DNA from: an uncultured Candidatus Saccharibacteria bacterium
GTDB taxonomy: Bacteria; Patescibacteriota; Saccharimonadia; Saccharimonadales; CAZICT01
Assembly: GCA_964537935.1 (NCBI GenBank)
Contig: CAZICT010000001.1
Coordinates: forward strand, 200,228-264,227
DNA: 64,000 nt
Reading direction: 5' to 3'
In this document: positions 18,986 to 28,724 of the stretch, piece by piece
How the letters are laid out: the number at the start of each line of letters is the position of its first letter
Position numbering within the stretch: the first letter of the stretch is position 1
Notes under the pieces: model-generated
Databases searched by the model: none
Told to the model about the DNA's origin: nothing
Seen by the model: only the letters and a program-made list of their open reading frames with translations
Program-made: the position numbers and the translations under genes

Positions 18986-21586
18986 TTAACGGAGATGGAG
19001 GACGGTTTCGTCTTCATTAGAAGTTTTCGGAGCGGCTTCGTTCCTCGAGGAGGGTTTGTCGCTGATTTGGTCGCTATCAGTCTTTCTTTTGCGCTTACGG
19101 GTTCGCTTACGTTTGCGCTTTGGCTTATTTTCATCGTCAGTAGCGGCCTTTAAGGTAGTGAGATTAAGTATGTCTTTGGCGACTTTTTCTGGTGTAGCTG
19201 GTGTTTTTGGTGTGTCGTCTGTCTTTTTATCGTCAGATTTGATAGTAGGCTTGGCCTTCGGAGTGCTTTTTTTGCTTGGTTTTGCAGTGGTGGCATTTTT
19301 ACTGGGAGCTACATAACGTTCGTTCATGAAATCTTCGATACTGCCACGGCCAACCGCGAAGTTTTTTCGGCTATCTTCGATTATATGGCTAGTGTAATCT
19401 TCACCGAAAGGAGGTAGCTTAAGAGTAGTCGCAGAAAATGCAGGGACTTTCTCGCCTTCGATAATCATGCTGATTGCGAAATGGCGGTTATGCATATGAA
19501 CTATGTCGTGGTCGGTGAATTGCGGTTCAAAATATTTTTGCATAATCCGAGCGTCATCGGCACTGGTTCGGAATGAGACTATCGATCCTACGTTACCAAA
19601 TACCGCATCACGCACTTCAATACTCATTTGGGCGGTGTACTGGTTGGCGACGGTTAGATTAAGGGCGTATTTACGGGCTTCCGACAGAATCGTAGCAAAC
19701 GAATCGGTTGCAAAGTTCTGAAACTCGTCAACGTAAAGATAGAACGGTACACGCTGCTCTTGCGGAATATCCGCCCGACTCATTGCGCCCATTTGAATTT
19801 TGGTAACCAGCAGTGCGCCCAGCAGAGAAGCGTTATCCTCGCCAACCAGGCCACGGCTAAGGTTCACGATGAATATTTTTCGCTCATCCATGATTTTTCG
19901 GATATTAAAGCTGCTTTTAGGCTGGCCGATGATGTTGCGGACGATCGGATTAGCCGTGAAAGCCCCGACTTTATTCAATACCGGTGCAACTGCTTCTGCC
20001 GCAAATTTATCATTCCAGCTGGCAAATTCTACTGTCCAGAAGTTGCGAACCACCGGGTCGTCAACATACTCAAGCACTTCATTACGGAACTTCTTATCCG
20101 TCAATATGCGGGTAATATCAAGCATCGTCGCGTCCGGGTAATCCAGTAAAGCCAGCAAGCTGTAACGTAAAATGTACTCCAGCCTAGGGCCCCAGGAATC
20201 AAACATGCGCTTTAACACGCCTATTAGCTCAGAAGCCGTATGGGTTTTTAGCTTCTGGTCAGTAACCTCCATGGGATTAAAAGCTATCGGGAAATCCGTG
20301 TCGGCCGGGTTAAAGTAAATGACGTCATTGGCACGTTCTGCCGGAATCCTTTTAAGAATATTGATCGCGTAATCACCGTGCGGATCAATCACTGCAAAGC
20401 CAAATGGACTGTAAATGTCAGAGATAGTTAATAACTCCAGCATACCGGACTTACCGACACCGGTTTGGCCGATGATATAGAGGTGACGGCCACGGTCCTC
20501 CCGTTTAATACCGAACATGGTATTGTGCCCGCGAAAATTAGTAATGGCTATCGGGCTGACCGATTCCCGGTTCGCTTCCGTAACTAACGGTAAATTAGCC
20601 GGCGGTTCAGCGGTTTTGGCATTTGCCCAGAGAATATTTGGCGTTTCAACATTAGTGTGCGGCAGGTGAAAAAGACTGGCTACCTCTTCGATGTTACAAA
20701 TCAAACTTTGCTTCTTGAATGCCCGGTTGCGGTAAATATCCAATTGTTTTGGGTTATCACTGGAAGCACTCAAAGCAAAGCCGTTAAGGTAAGTGGTGTT
20801 AAATTGACGAAAGCTGGCAGTTATAGCCTGGACGCGCATGCGGGCAAGCGACATCGTGGTATTACCGCGATAAACTATCCGAACATTCATTTCGTAGGCC
20901 AGTTTCTGGCTCTTGGTTTCGGCAGCATTCGCTCGTGCGGTTTCGTGTTCTGCAAGTTTTGGGGCGCTTCCGCTTTGCGGCGCAGGCGGAGCCCAAAGGG
21001 CGGTGGCGAGCCCGCTCATATTACCGCCGGTTTTAGTCCTGATTTTAGCTGCATATTTTTCGCTTTTTTTGTGCCAATTACTTGGAGCCGGTCGAAGCAC
21101 AAACTGAATCCAGGCTTCTTCATTTTCCTCGAATTGCGCAAGAGTGGCCGTGATTGCGGCAAGCGGATCTACTTCAAAACTTGGGAAAGTCTTAATCGGT
21201 AAGGCCTTGTCGGCTATGAACTTAAGCTCGGACGTAAGTTGAGTCGGCAAGGGAAGCTCGTTATTTTTAGCGGTGTAATCTTCGACTTCTGAGATGTGGA
21301 CTGTCGGATACTGGGCATATATCTGTTCCTCAACAAAGCTCTTTAGATGTTCAGGCACCCATACATAAAAGCCGATACGCTTATTTTGTACGGCAATCTC
21401 AAAACTTATGCGTTCATGCACAGTGGATTTAAAAAAATTTTTTTCAGCAGTTGTAAGAAGACCGTGCAGGCTGGCAAACATTTGCTCCGCGGCCAATTCT
21501 TTTTTCTCGTTGGTTCGCGGCACTTGAAGCAACAAAACCGCGCCGACATCAACAGGGGAGGGAATTTGTGATTTACGAGAAAACAT
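18986..21586 (-). CDS. VirD4/TraG/HerA-like coupling ATPase (CPR-type)
   Basis: RHLYIIGQTGVGKS (Walker A), VIDPHGD, LYVDEFQNF (Walker B), LSEARKY, ANQY. Confidence 0.85.
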   Translation of the reverse strand: MFSRKSQIPSPVDVGAVLLLQVPRTNEKKELAAEQMFASLHGLLTTAEKNFFKSTVHERISFEIAVQNKRIGFYVWVPEHLKSFVEEQIYAQYPTVHISEVEDYTAKNNELPLPTQLTSELKFIADKALPIKTFPSFEVDPLAAITATLAQFEENEEAWIQFVLRPAPSNWHKKSEKYAAKIRTKTGGNMSGLATALWAPPAPQSGSAPKLAEHETARANAAETKSQKLAYEMNVRIVYRGNTTMSLARMRVQAITASFRQFNTTYLNGFALSASSDNPKQLDIYRNRAFKKQSLICNIEEVASLFHLPHTNVETPNILWANAKTAEPPANLPLVTEANRESVSPIAITNFRGHNTMFGIKREDRGRHLYIIGQTGVGKSGMLELLTISDIYSPFGFAVIDPHGDYAINILKRIPAERANDVIYFNPADTDFPIAFNPMEVTDQKLKTHTASELIGVLKRMFDSWGPRLEYILRYSLLALLDYPDATMLDITRILTDKKFRNEVLEYVDDPVVRNFWTVEFASWNDKFAAEAVAPVLNKVGAFTANPIVRNIIGQPKSSFNIRKIMDERKIFIVNLSRGLVGEDNASLLGALLVTKIQMGAMSRADIPQEQRVPFYLYVDEFQNFATDSFATILSEARKYALNLTVANQYTAQMSIEVRDAVFGNVGSIVSFRTSADDARIMQKYFEPQFTDHDIVHMHNRHFAISMIIEGEKVPAFSATTLKLPPFGEDYTSHIIEDSRKNFAVGRGSIEDFMNERYVAPSKNATTAKPSKKSTPKAKPTIKSDDKKTDDTPKTPATPEKVAKDILNLTTLKAATDDENKPKRKRKRTRKRKRKTDSDQISDKPSSRNEAAPKTSNEDETVLHLR

Positions 21587-21838
21587 TATATCGAAACTAT
21601 ACTATAAATCACTTAAAATTGCAAGGATAAGCTAAATATTGTGATGCTTAAAAAATACTCAATCATTTAACCTAATCGGATGCCGGTAACGTTTGTGGCT
21701 ATTTGCAGCGGTGGATACTAAAAAGCTATAGAGTTTTTGCATATATATTTTTACAGGCCTATCTTATTATTATAACAAATATTAGCTGTTTTGTCAATGT
21801 AGCGTAAGCAGTATGGAAGGTGTTATTATGCATCTAAT

Positions 21839-23083
21839 ATGATTGACGACTTCAAGCCGCGCCGGCGCGTTCGCGTCATGCCAGCCGAAACTAAAAAGCC
21901 CGAAACCGTGACAGAAGAAAAGCCAACAGAGCCAGTGTTTAAGACGCCGGAAGAAACTGCTGACGAAGATCCAAATAATAACAGTAAACGGTCTGAGAAT
22001 TCTTCAAAAGGGCCTGATTTAAAAGACAAGTTTGCATGGCTTAAGCGAATTACTAAAAAACAATGGATAATTATTGGAGTTGTACTCACTTTGTTGGTTG
22101 GAGGAGGGGTGGCATTTGCCTTAACTCGTCCTGATCCGCCGGCGCCCGAACCGGAGCCAGCGCCAGTGGTCGAAAAAGAAGAAAAGCCGGAACCACCCAA
22201 AACCCTGGCTTCTCCGCTTACAGGCGTTCAGGTAAAGCCCGAGCTTGCCAAACTGCCTACGACCGGAGTTATGATTGAAAACAGCCCTGACGCCCGACCA
22301 CAATCTGGCCTGTACCATGCCGGCGTGGTGGTCGAGGCAATAGCCGAGGGTGGGATTACGCGCTTTTTAGCGCTCTTTCAGGAAAGTCAGCCTGATTATA
22401 TTGGTCCCGTACGCTCGGTGCGGCCATACTTTCTAGACTTTTTAGTACCGTTTGATGCACCGATTGCTCATGTCGGTGGCAGCGCCCAAGCTTTAGCCGA
22501 AATCCGAAACCAGGGTATAAAGGACCTTGATCAGTTCTTTAATCCCGGACCGTATCATCGGGTCAGTAGCCGGTTTGCGCCACATAATATGTACACTTCC
22601 CGCAGTGGATTGCTTGAGCTGCAAAAGAGTAAAGGCTGGGGCACCAGCAAATTTAGCAGTCTAGTCAGGAAAGCAGAGAAAAAAGCCAAGACCCCGAACG
22701 CCAGTGCCGTTGATGTGAATATTTCCAGCTTCACGTACAATCCGCGGTTTGTTTATAATGCTAAATCAAACAGTTACTTACGCCATCTTGCCGGAGCACC
22801 GCATATGGATGAAAAAGCCGGTAAACAGCTTAATCCCAAAACTGTAGTGGTGTTGGTGATGCCTCATCATTACTCAGGTATTTATTCGGTTTATCAAACA
22901 ACCGGTAGCGGCAAAGCATTTATCTTTCAAGACGGCACGGTCACAGAGGGTATTTGGGAAAAGAAAAGTCGCAGCTCGCAACTTAAACTTGGCGATGCGA
23001 ACGGATCGCCTTTAGGTCTTAATCCGGGACAAACCTGGATTACTCTCGTAGGTGACGCCTCGCGAGTTATCGTAACGCCCTAA
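21839..23083 (+). CDS. DUF3048 (YerB-like) membrane-anchored protein
   Basis: SPLTG, VMIENSPDARPQSGL, EGGITRFLA, IGPVRSVRPY, APHNMY, GQTWI. Confidence 0.88.
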   Translation: MIDDFKPRRRVRVMPAETKKPETVTEEKPTEPVFKTPEETADEDPNNNSKRSENSSKGPDLKDKFAWLKRITKKQWIIIGVVLTLLVGGGVAFALTRPDPPAPEPEPAPVVEKEEKPEPPKTLASPLTGVQVKPELAKLPTTGVMIENSPDARPQSGLYHAGVVVEAIAEGGITRFLALFQESQPDYIGPVRSVRPYFLDFLVPFDAPIAHVGGSAQALAEIRNQGIKDLDQFFNPGPYHRVSSRFAPHNMYTSRSGLLELQKSKGWGTSKFSSLVRKAEKKAKTPNASAVDVNISSFTYNPRFVYNAKSNSYLRHLAGAPHMDEKAGKQLNPKTVVVLVMPHHYSGIYSVYQTTGSGKAFIFQDGTVTEGIWEKKSRSSQLKLGDANGSPLGLNPGQTWITLVGDASRVIVTP

Positions 23084-23088
23084 AAGTC

Positions 23089-24627
23089 ATGGATCACTTT
23101 AAACGCCTATACCGCCAAGTTTCACAGTTCACCTTCTTGTTTACATGCCTGATTGGATTGCTGCCGATTGTCGGCTACTACCTGATTGATGTTTTAACAC
23201 CCTTAAGTAGCTATCTCGCATTTTTGGCTGCGATGCTAATGGCGCTGGTTATTTCGCTTATATCCTCGGTAGTGGTGTCTAATTATGCCCTTAAGCCGCT
23301 CAGGTTTGTTTGGCAGGCGGTACTTCATGTTTCGTCCGGGCCAAACAGCCCACCAGCCCCCAACCTGGATGAGCTTAAAACAGGCCATGAGCTCGTTAGC
23401 TCGCTCGCCATGCAGATATATCAATTTGCGAGCCAACAAGACACTAGTGATCTGATTGAACATCGCAGGCAACTTAGCCAGGCGGCCAATGTCATGAGCC
23501 ACTTGCCATTGCCTCTGTTTGTATTCAACAAAGCTCAGCAGCTTACAAATGCAAGCGATGAAGCCCTGCGCTACTGCCAGCTTGAAAGCTCAGATTTATT
23601 TGGCAGACCTTTGTATGAATTTTTAAATCTTGAATTCCCGGACGAGCATACATTAGATGCCTGGATACAGGCATGCCAGGTTAACAAAATTACAGATATT
23701 ACTTATTGGGAACATGTGCGAGTGCGGCTTCCCGGTGAAGCTGGTGAGGTCAAGCAGTGCGACATGATCGCCTCCTACAACAAAGACAACCCGAGCGGAA
23801 CAGAATTTATAGTTATGCTGTTTGATCGCACAGACGCTTATAACCAAGAAGATTCTTCGCTTAGCTTTCTGTCACTGGCTGTTCATGAACTGCGTACTCC
23901 ACTGACGATGCTTCGCGGTTATATTGAGGTGTTTCAGAGCGAACTGGCAACAACGCTTTCACCCGAGCTTCAAGGTTTTATGCATAAGATGTCGGTTTCT
24001 GCCGATCAGCTGACAGCGTTCGTAAACAACATTTTGAATGTCGCCCGCGTTGAAGAAAATCAGCTGGTTCTAAAGCTAAATGAGGCTCGCTGGGACGAGG
24101 TGTTAAAAGAAGCCCTGGAGGCTCTGGAGCTAAGAGCTAAGATCAACAACAAGACTATCGAGTGTCACATAGAACCTAACCTGCCGACAGTGGCGATTGA
24201 TCGTATTAGTGTTCAAGAAGTTATTAACAACTTAGTCGATAACGCTATCAAATATAGCGGCACGGAGCCAGGCAAAATAATAGTAACGGCCAAATTAAAA
24301 GACGGAATGGTAGAAACAACTGTCCAGGACTTTGGCGTGGGGATTTCACAAGGTGTTATTGCCAATCTTTTCGTTCGCTATTATCGCAATCACCGGACCA
24401 AAGGTGACGTCGGCGGAACCGGATTAGGGTTGTTTCTTAGCAAAGCTTTGGTTACCGCACATGGCGGTCAGATATGGGTTTCCTCTAAAGAAGGCGAGGG
24501 CAGTACTTTTGGATTCAGCCTGGTGCCCTATGCTCAGCTTGCCGATGAACAGAAAAACAGCAATAATAAAGATATTACTAGACACGCTCACGGCTGGATT
24601 AAAAATCACTCTTTATATAGAAGGTAG
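23089..24627 (+). CDS. Membrane sensor histidine kinase with PAS domain
   Basis: Two TM helices, H-box AVHELRTPL, N-box NLVDNAIKYS, DFGVGI, GGTGLGL, GSTF. Confidence 0.93.
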   Translation: MDHFKRLYRQVSQFTFLFTCLIGLLPIVGYYLIDVLTPLSSYLAFLAAMLMALVISLISSVVVSNYALKPLRFVWQAVLHVSSGPNSPPAPNLDELKTGHELVSSLAMQIYQFASQQDTSDLIEHRRQLSQAANVMSHLPLPLFVFNKAQQLTNASDEALRYCQLESSDLFGRPLYEFLNLEFPDEHTLDAWIQACQVNKITDITYWEHVRVRLPGEAGEVKQCDMIASYNKDNPSGTEFIVMLFDRTDAYNQEDSSLSFLSLAVHELRTPLTMLRGYIEVFQSELATTLSPELQGFMHKMSVSADQLTAFVNNILNVARVEENQLVLKLNEARWDEVLKEALEALELRAKINNKTIECHIEPNLPTVAIDRISVQEVINNLVDNAIKYSGTEPGKIIVTAKLKDGMVETTVQDFGVGISQGVIANLFVRYYRNHRTKGDVGGTGLGLFLSKALVTAHGGQIWVSSKEGEGSTFGFSLVPYAQLADEQKNSNNKDITRHAHGWIKNHSLYRR

Positions 24628-24630
24628 GAT

Positions 24631-25035
24631 ATGGAAGATAACTCGACACAGGCACCCCAGACTAACAGGAAAATTCTATGCATAGAAGATGAGCATTTTA
24701 TTAGCGAACTTTACGCCCGGGCGCTCACTAAAGCCGGTTATGACGTAAAGATTGTAGTTGATGGCATAGAAGGGCTTAAAGAGGCGCAGACCAACCAATA
24801 CGACATCATCCTTTTGGATATTATGATGCCTAATCTTACCGGCACCGATATTCTCAGACGCCTGCGCGATCCTAGCGAGACGCCAAACCTAAAAAGTAAA
24901 ATTATTATCACCACTAATCTCGAACAAAGCGACGAAAGCCGCGCCGTTATCGAAAGCCAGGCTGACGGCTATGTTATCAAGGCCGATATTACACCGCATC
25001 AGCTGGTTGACTTTCTAAATCAAGTCAAATTTTAG
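24631..25035 (+). CDS. Single-domain response regulator (receiver only)
   Basis: ILCIEDE, LLDIMMP, TN, YVIK. Confidence 0.92.
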   Translation: MEDNSTQAPQTNRKILCIEDEHFISELYARALTKAGYDVKIVVDGIEGLKEAQTNQYDIILLDIMMPNLTGTDILRRLRDPSETPNLKSKIIITTNLEQSDESRAVIESQADGYVIKADITPHQLVDFLNQVKF

Positions 25036-25099
25036 AACTTTTTATAAAATTGTAATAAATAATGCTTGAACTGCATTAGTTGCATGGGTTTATACTCTA

Positions 25100-25378
25100 A
25101 TTAGTCACGGGAGCATGAATTCGCCAAAAATAGCGAGTCATAGTTTTCGGGCTTTACCCACTAAAGTCCTCACCTCTAAGGCAGCATACTCCGGTCCCTG
25201 CTGATCCTTACACATAAATTACTACTCACGTATAGACAGTCTTACGAACGGTCGGCTGTTGTTGTGGGAAGTTTCACCAAGGACAACTCCTTGGCAAATC
25301 CGTTTACTGGGATAAGATTTATCGCCAGCCTATTTTTTATTACCTAAAAATGTGTGAGGAGGATGCCGCCATGACTCG
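25100..25378 (+). promoter_or_regulatory. Structured 5' leader of the umuDC-type operon (candidate translational switch)
   Basis: TATACT at 25091-25096; serial hairpins; three segments complementary to the RBS/start region 25350-25378. Confidence 0.55.
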
Positions 25379-25640
25379 ACAAATCAATAAAGAGGTAGAG
25401 GTAAATGCTTTTTACTTTGCCGGCACAAAAAAAGTCAAAATATTCCCGGAACAGATAACACTCGGAAACGAACATTACACGTTTTTGCGTTCGGGCATAC
25501 AGCTGGTAATCAGCAAGGGACAGGAAATTATCCGTCTGTTTACTATGACCGACGGTACGCGCCGTTTTCAGATCAAAAAAATAAACGATACTTGGGTGTT
25601 GCTGAAAATTGAGCAGGTACCCGGAGAGGCGGCGCTATGA
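25371..25640 (+). CDS. Small hypothetical protein, first gene of the umuDC-type operon
   Basis: SD GAGGAGG at 25356-25362, ATG at 25371; stop overlaps the next start (ATGA). Confidence 0.7.
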   Translation: MTRQINKEVEVNAFYFAGTKKVKIFPEQITLGNEHYTFLRSGIQLVISKGQEIIRLFTMTDGTRRFQIKKINDTWVLLKIEQVPGEAAL

Positions 25641-25981
25641 AGACCCCTCAGGAACTGCCGGGCGTAGCCGAACACGCCGGCTTTCCTAATCCGGCGACTG
25701 ATTCGTCGCTGCAAAGCTTAGATCTTAACAAACTTCTGGTGCACCACCGGGTAAGCACCTACTTTATGCGCGTAGAAGGGAACGGCTACAGGAAATACCA
25801 CATACTTGACGGTGACGTTTTGCTGATTGATCGGGCCCTTATACCTCAGTCAAACGACCTGGCGGTATGGTGGAGAGATGACTGTTTTTCAGTTTCGCCG
25901 CATCATTCTATACCGCAAGACTGTGCTGTATGGGGCGTAGTAAGTTCTGTCATTCGCCAATTAAAGGGTGCGTCGATATGA
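25637..25981 (+). CDS. umuD: UmuD/S24-peptidase-like protein lacking catalytic Ser/Lys
   Basis: AGFPNPA.D....LDLN.LLV.H...TYFMRVEG, DGDVLLIDR, VWGVV. GDSM is replaced by GNGY and FTVK by FSVS. Confidence 0.8.
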   Translation: MKTPQELPGVAEHAGFPNPATDSSLQSLDLNKLLVHHRVSTYFMRVEGNGYRKYHILDGDVLLIDRALIPQSNDLAVWWRDDCFSVSPHHSIPQDCAVWGVVSSVIRQLKGASI

Positions 25982-27261
25982 AACAGACGCTTTTTGCGCT
26001 GATTGATTGTAATAATTTTTTTGTCAGTTGTGAACGTATTTTTCGGCCGGATTTAGAAGATAAACCAGTCGTCGTACTTTCCAGCAATGATGGCTGTGCC
26101 GTTGCCCGAAGTAACGAAGCAAAAGCGCTCGGTATCCCGATGGCTGCGCCTGTTTTTAAGTACCGCCAAATCCTTAACGATCACAACGTAGTACAGTTTA
26201 GCGGTAATTTTGAGTTATACGGCGATATATCTCGGCGTATCATAGAGCTGCTAGCCTCTATAACACCGCGTATTGAAGTGTATTCAGTGGACGAATCGTT
26301 CCTGGATCTCAGTGAACTGCCAATCAATGATTTTACGGCCTGGGGAAGGATGGTCCGCGAAAAAATTCTCACCTGGATTGGAGTGCCGGTATCTATCGGT
26401 ATTGCGCCAAGCAAAACACTAGCCAAACTAGCCTCGGACCGCGCCAAAAAAGATCCTGCGTTAAATGGCGTCCTGTGCATTAATACCAATGGCCCGGACC
26501 GGGAAACACACCTCAAGTCTACTCCTGTAGAAGATGTATGGGGTGTTGGGTGGAGATTGGCGCCAAGGCTTAGGGCCGAAGGAGTAGGCAGCGCATACGA
26601 TTTGCAACAATTAAGACCTCGGCGGGCCCAGCAATTGATGGGCATCCACGGAAGACAAATGGTATATGAGTTAAATGGCATAAGCTGCTTGCCGCTTGAA
26701 ACCGTTGGAAAGATAAGAAAAAGTATCATGGCGACCCGGACCTTCGGCCAAGATACAAGTGAATTCAATGTGCTGGAGGCAGCTATTGCCAACTTTACTG
26801 CCGTGGCGGCTTTTAAGTTACGATCAAGCGGTCAGCTGGCCAGACGTGCCGGAATTTTTCTCGACACAAACAAGCACAAACCAGGTTACAAGCGCTGGTC
26901 TAGAGAGTTAAATTTTAAAGTGCCGATTGCCGACACGGGAATACTTACGGGCCTCCTGATTAAAGCTTTGGGTGAAGTTTATAATCCGCACCTAAAATAC
27001 CATCGTGCCGGTGTAATGCTGCATGATTTCGTACCCAACAAAGAATTACAAACCGATCTATTTGATATAGCCAGCCTAACAAGGCATGACACGTCAACCA
27101 GACGTATGATAGCAGTCGACAGCATTAATAATCGCTACGGTAAACGCACCATAAAATACGCTGCCGAAAATCTTGGGACTGTCTGGAGGCCGCGTTATAA
27201 CCTACGCAGCCCGCGCTACACCTCACGCTGGAATGAACTAGCGGTGATTAAAAATGCTTAA
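25978..27261 (+). CDS. umuC: Y-family DNA polymerase V catalytic subunit UmuC
   Basis: ALIDCNNFFVSCERIFRPDL, VLSSNDGC, YSVDESF, KTLAKLA, VWGVG, C-terminal SPRYTSRW. Confidence 0.93.
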   Translation: MKQTLFALIDCNNFFVSCERIFRPDLEDKPVVVLSSNDGCAVARSNEAKALGIPMAAPVFKYRQILNDHNVVQFSGNFELYGDISRRIIELLASITPRIEVYSVDESFLDLSELPINDFTAWGRMVREKILTWIGVPVSIGIAPSKTLAKLASDRAKKDPALNGVLCINTNGPDRETHLKSTPVEDVWGVGWRLAPRLRAEGVGSAYDLQQLRPRRAQQLMGIHGRQMVYELNGISCLPLETVGKIRKSIMATRTFGQDTSEFNVLEAAIANFTAVAAFKLRSSGQLARRAGIFLDTNKHKPGYKRWSRELNFKVPIADTGILTGLLIKALGEVYNPHLKYHRAGVMLHDFVPNKELQTDLFDIASLTRHDTSTRRMIAVDSINNRYGKRTIKYAAENLGTVWRPRYNLRSPRYTSRWNELAVIKNA

Positions 27262-27411
27262 CCAGAAAGTAGTGGACCGGTCTTATGACGATACATTACC
27301 CAGTGGTCAAGTGGTGTGAAAGACCGAGTCGGGAGTTTTAAGCACAAGAGTGCAAAAAATCTGCAACCGACCCGGTCAGACACCTCCTTTAAAAGAAGCG
27401 GGGTGAGAGTT

Positions 27412-27891
27412 TTAGCAGGAGTACGTTCCCGTTATAGGATCGTACTCGACTTCACGGGCGTTTTGCTCGCACCAGTCAAGATCGCTGGAGCTGCTTATGC
27501 TGCTCACGTCAAGCGGCGATGCGGCGCACGGCATGTGCCTTATTTCAAATTCACCGACAGTGCTACCCTTGGAATCATCCAAGGCCACATAGTCTATCCG
27601 AAGATAAACATCGTACCCCGGATACATTGGAACGTCGACAGACAGTTCTCCGCGGCCAGCCAACAGGCTAAAGGCTTCAATGCCTCCCATCCCGTCTGTG
27701 TAGTGGACGGCATTGAAGTCATAGCGATATCCCTTGATACCTCCCTCTAGGGTGACCACCAGTTCTTCACCGCAGGTGTAGTGAGCGGTTGAAATAATCG
27801 ACGACGGTCGAGTATGGTGCTCGATTGCCCCAGCGGGTGAAGCCAGCAGCAGCATGGCAAGAACGGATAACACAAGCATGAACTTCTTCAT
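27412..27891 (-). CDS. Secreted hypothetical protein
   Basis: Signal peptide MKKFMLVLSVLAMLLLASPAGA, SD AAGGAG, four Cys. Confidence 0.65.
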   Translation of the reverse strand: MKKFMLVLSVLAMLLLASPAGAIEHHTRPSSIISTAHYTCGEELVVTLEGGIKGYRYDFNAVHYTDGMGGIEAFSLLAGRGELSVDVPMYPGYDVYLRIDYVALDDSKGSTVGEFEIRHMPCAASPLDVSSISSSSDLDWCEQNAREVEYDPITGTYSC

Positions 27892-28079
27892 CTCTTGATC
27901 TCCTTAACTCGGAGGTGGAACTACTAAGGTTCTACCGTGAAAACGGTTATGCTTTAATATATCATATTATTTACTTTTTGTAAATACTCTTATATTCTAT
28001 TATTAATACGTAAGAAATATCGCTTCATAATCAGTGGTTTGTACATAAAATATTAACGACTTAGTTCTAAGGAGGGGTT

Positions 28080-28409
28080 ATGAACAGTGGTTTAGAAACA
28101 GGGGAAAGAGATGCTGCTCAAGCAGATGAATTGCTGTCTGCAGACGAATTTATAAATGTTGAAAACGGACTGAGACTAGCATACCAAAGACTAAATCTAC
28201 TCAGAAATCCGACTGACTATGTTGATTTAAACGCCGTCGGTAACGCGCTTAGTTTGCTTAGAAAAGTCAAAGAACAACTCGGCATACATTCTGAAGAAGA
28301 AGCACAGATAACTGCTCCGGGAGAAATTAATGTTCCTGAATATGCAGGCGGCCTCGCTACAGAAAAAACAGTTGAAACCGTAGAGGTCAAAGTCCTCCAG
28401 CCGGTATAA
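28080..28409 (+). CDS. Hypothetical protein
   Basis: 109-aa ORF with SD AAGGAGG. Confidence 0.6.
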   Translation: MNSGLETGERDAAQADELLSADEFINVENGLRLAYQRLNLLRNPTDYVDLNAVGNALSLLRKVKEQLGIHSEEEAQITAPGEINVPEYAGGLATEKTVETVEVKVLQPV

Positions 28410-28462
28410 ATTGTTCCGCGATTTAGACATCCTCCAGAAGCACCTTAAATAGCTCCAAAGAT

Positions 28463-28492
28463 AAAGCCCGATTCTAGATCGGGCGCTTTCTT
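28463..28492. terminator. Probable bidirectional intrinsic terminator
   Basis: GCCCGAT-TCTAG-ATCGGGC flanked by A-rich and T-rich tracts, between the convergent ORF and tRNA-Glu. Confidence 0.55.
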
Positions 28493-28567
28493 TGGTGACC
28501 TCACGGGGAATCGAACCCCGATTGCCAGGATGAGAACCTGGTGTCCTAACCGTTAGACGATGAGGCC
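28493..28567 (-). tRNA. tRNA-Glu(CTC)
   Basis: Reverse complement GGCCTCATCGTCTAACGGTTAGGACA-CCAGG-TTCTCAT-CCTGG-CAATC-GGGGTTCGATTCCCC-GTGAGGTCACCA. Confidence 0.95.
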
Positions 28568-28724
28568 ACTACAGCTTTCGCTCCATTTATCATTTCACAA
28601 TTTTCAATTTCCAAAATAAGAAACAGAGTCGTTAGCTAAAAAATCGTAACATAACAGGGAAGTATTGTCTATTGTCGGCTCGTAAAATGCTTATGCTTGT
28701 CGTATACTTTGATGTAAGGCTGCC

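Noticed and set aside
18986-21586. Conjugative element or ICE
   Set aside because: No relaxase, VirB4/VirB6 or integrase nearby; the gene sits among housekeeping genes.
27316-27750. 144-aa + strand ORF and other short ORFs overlapping well-supported genes on the opposite strand or in another frame
   Set aside because: Shadow ORFs with no recognisable motifs.
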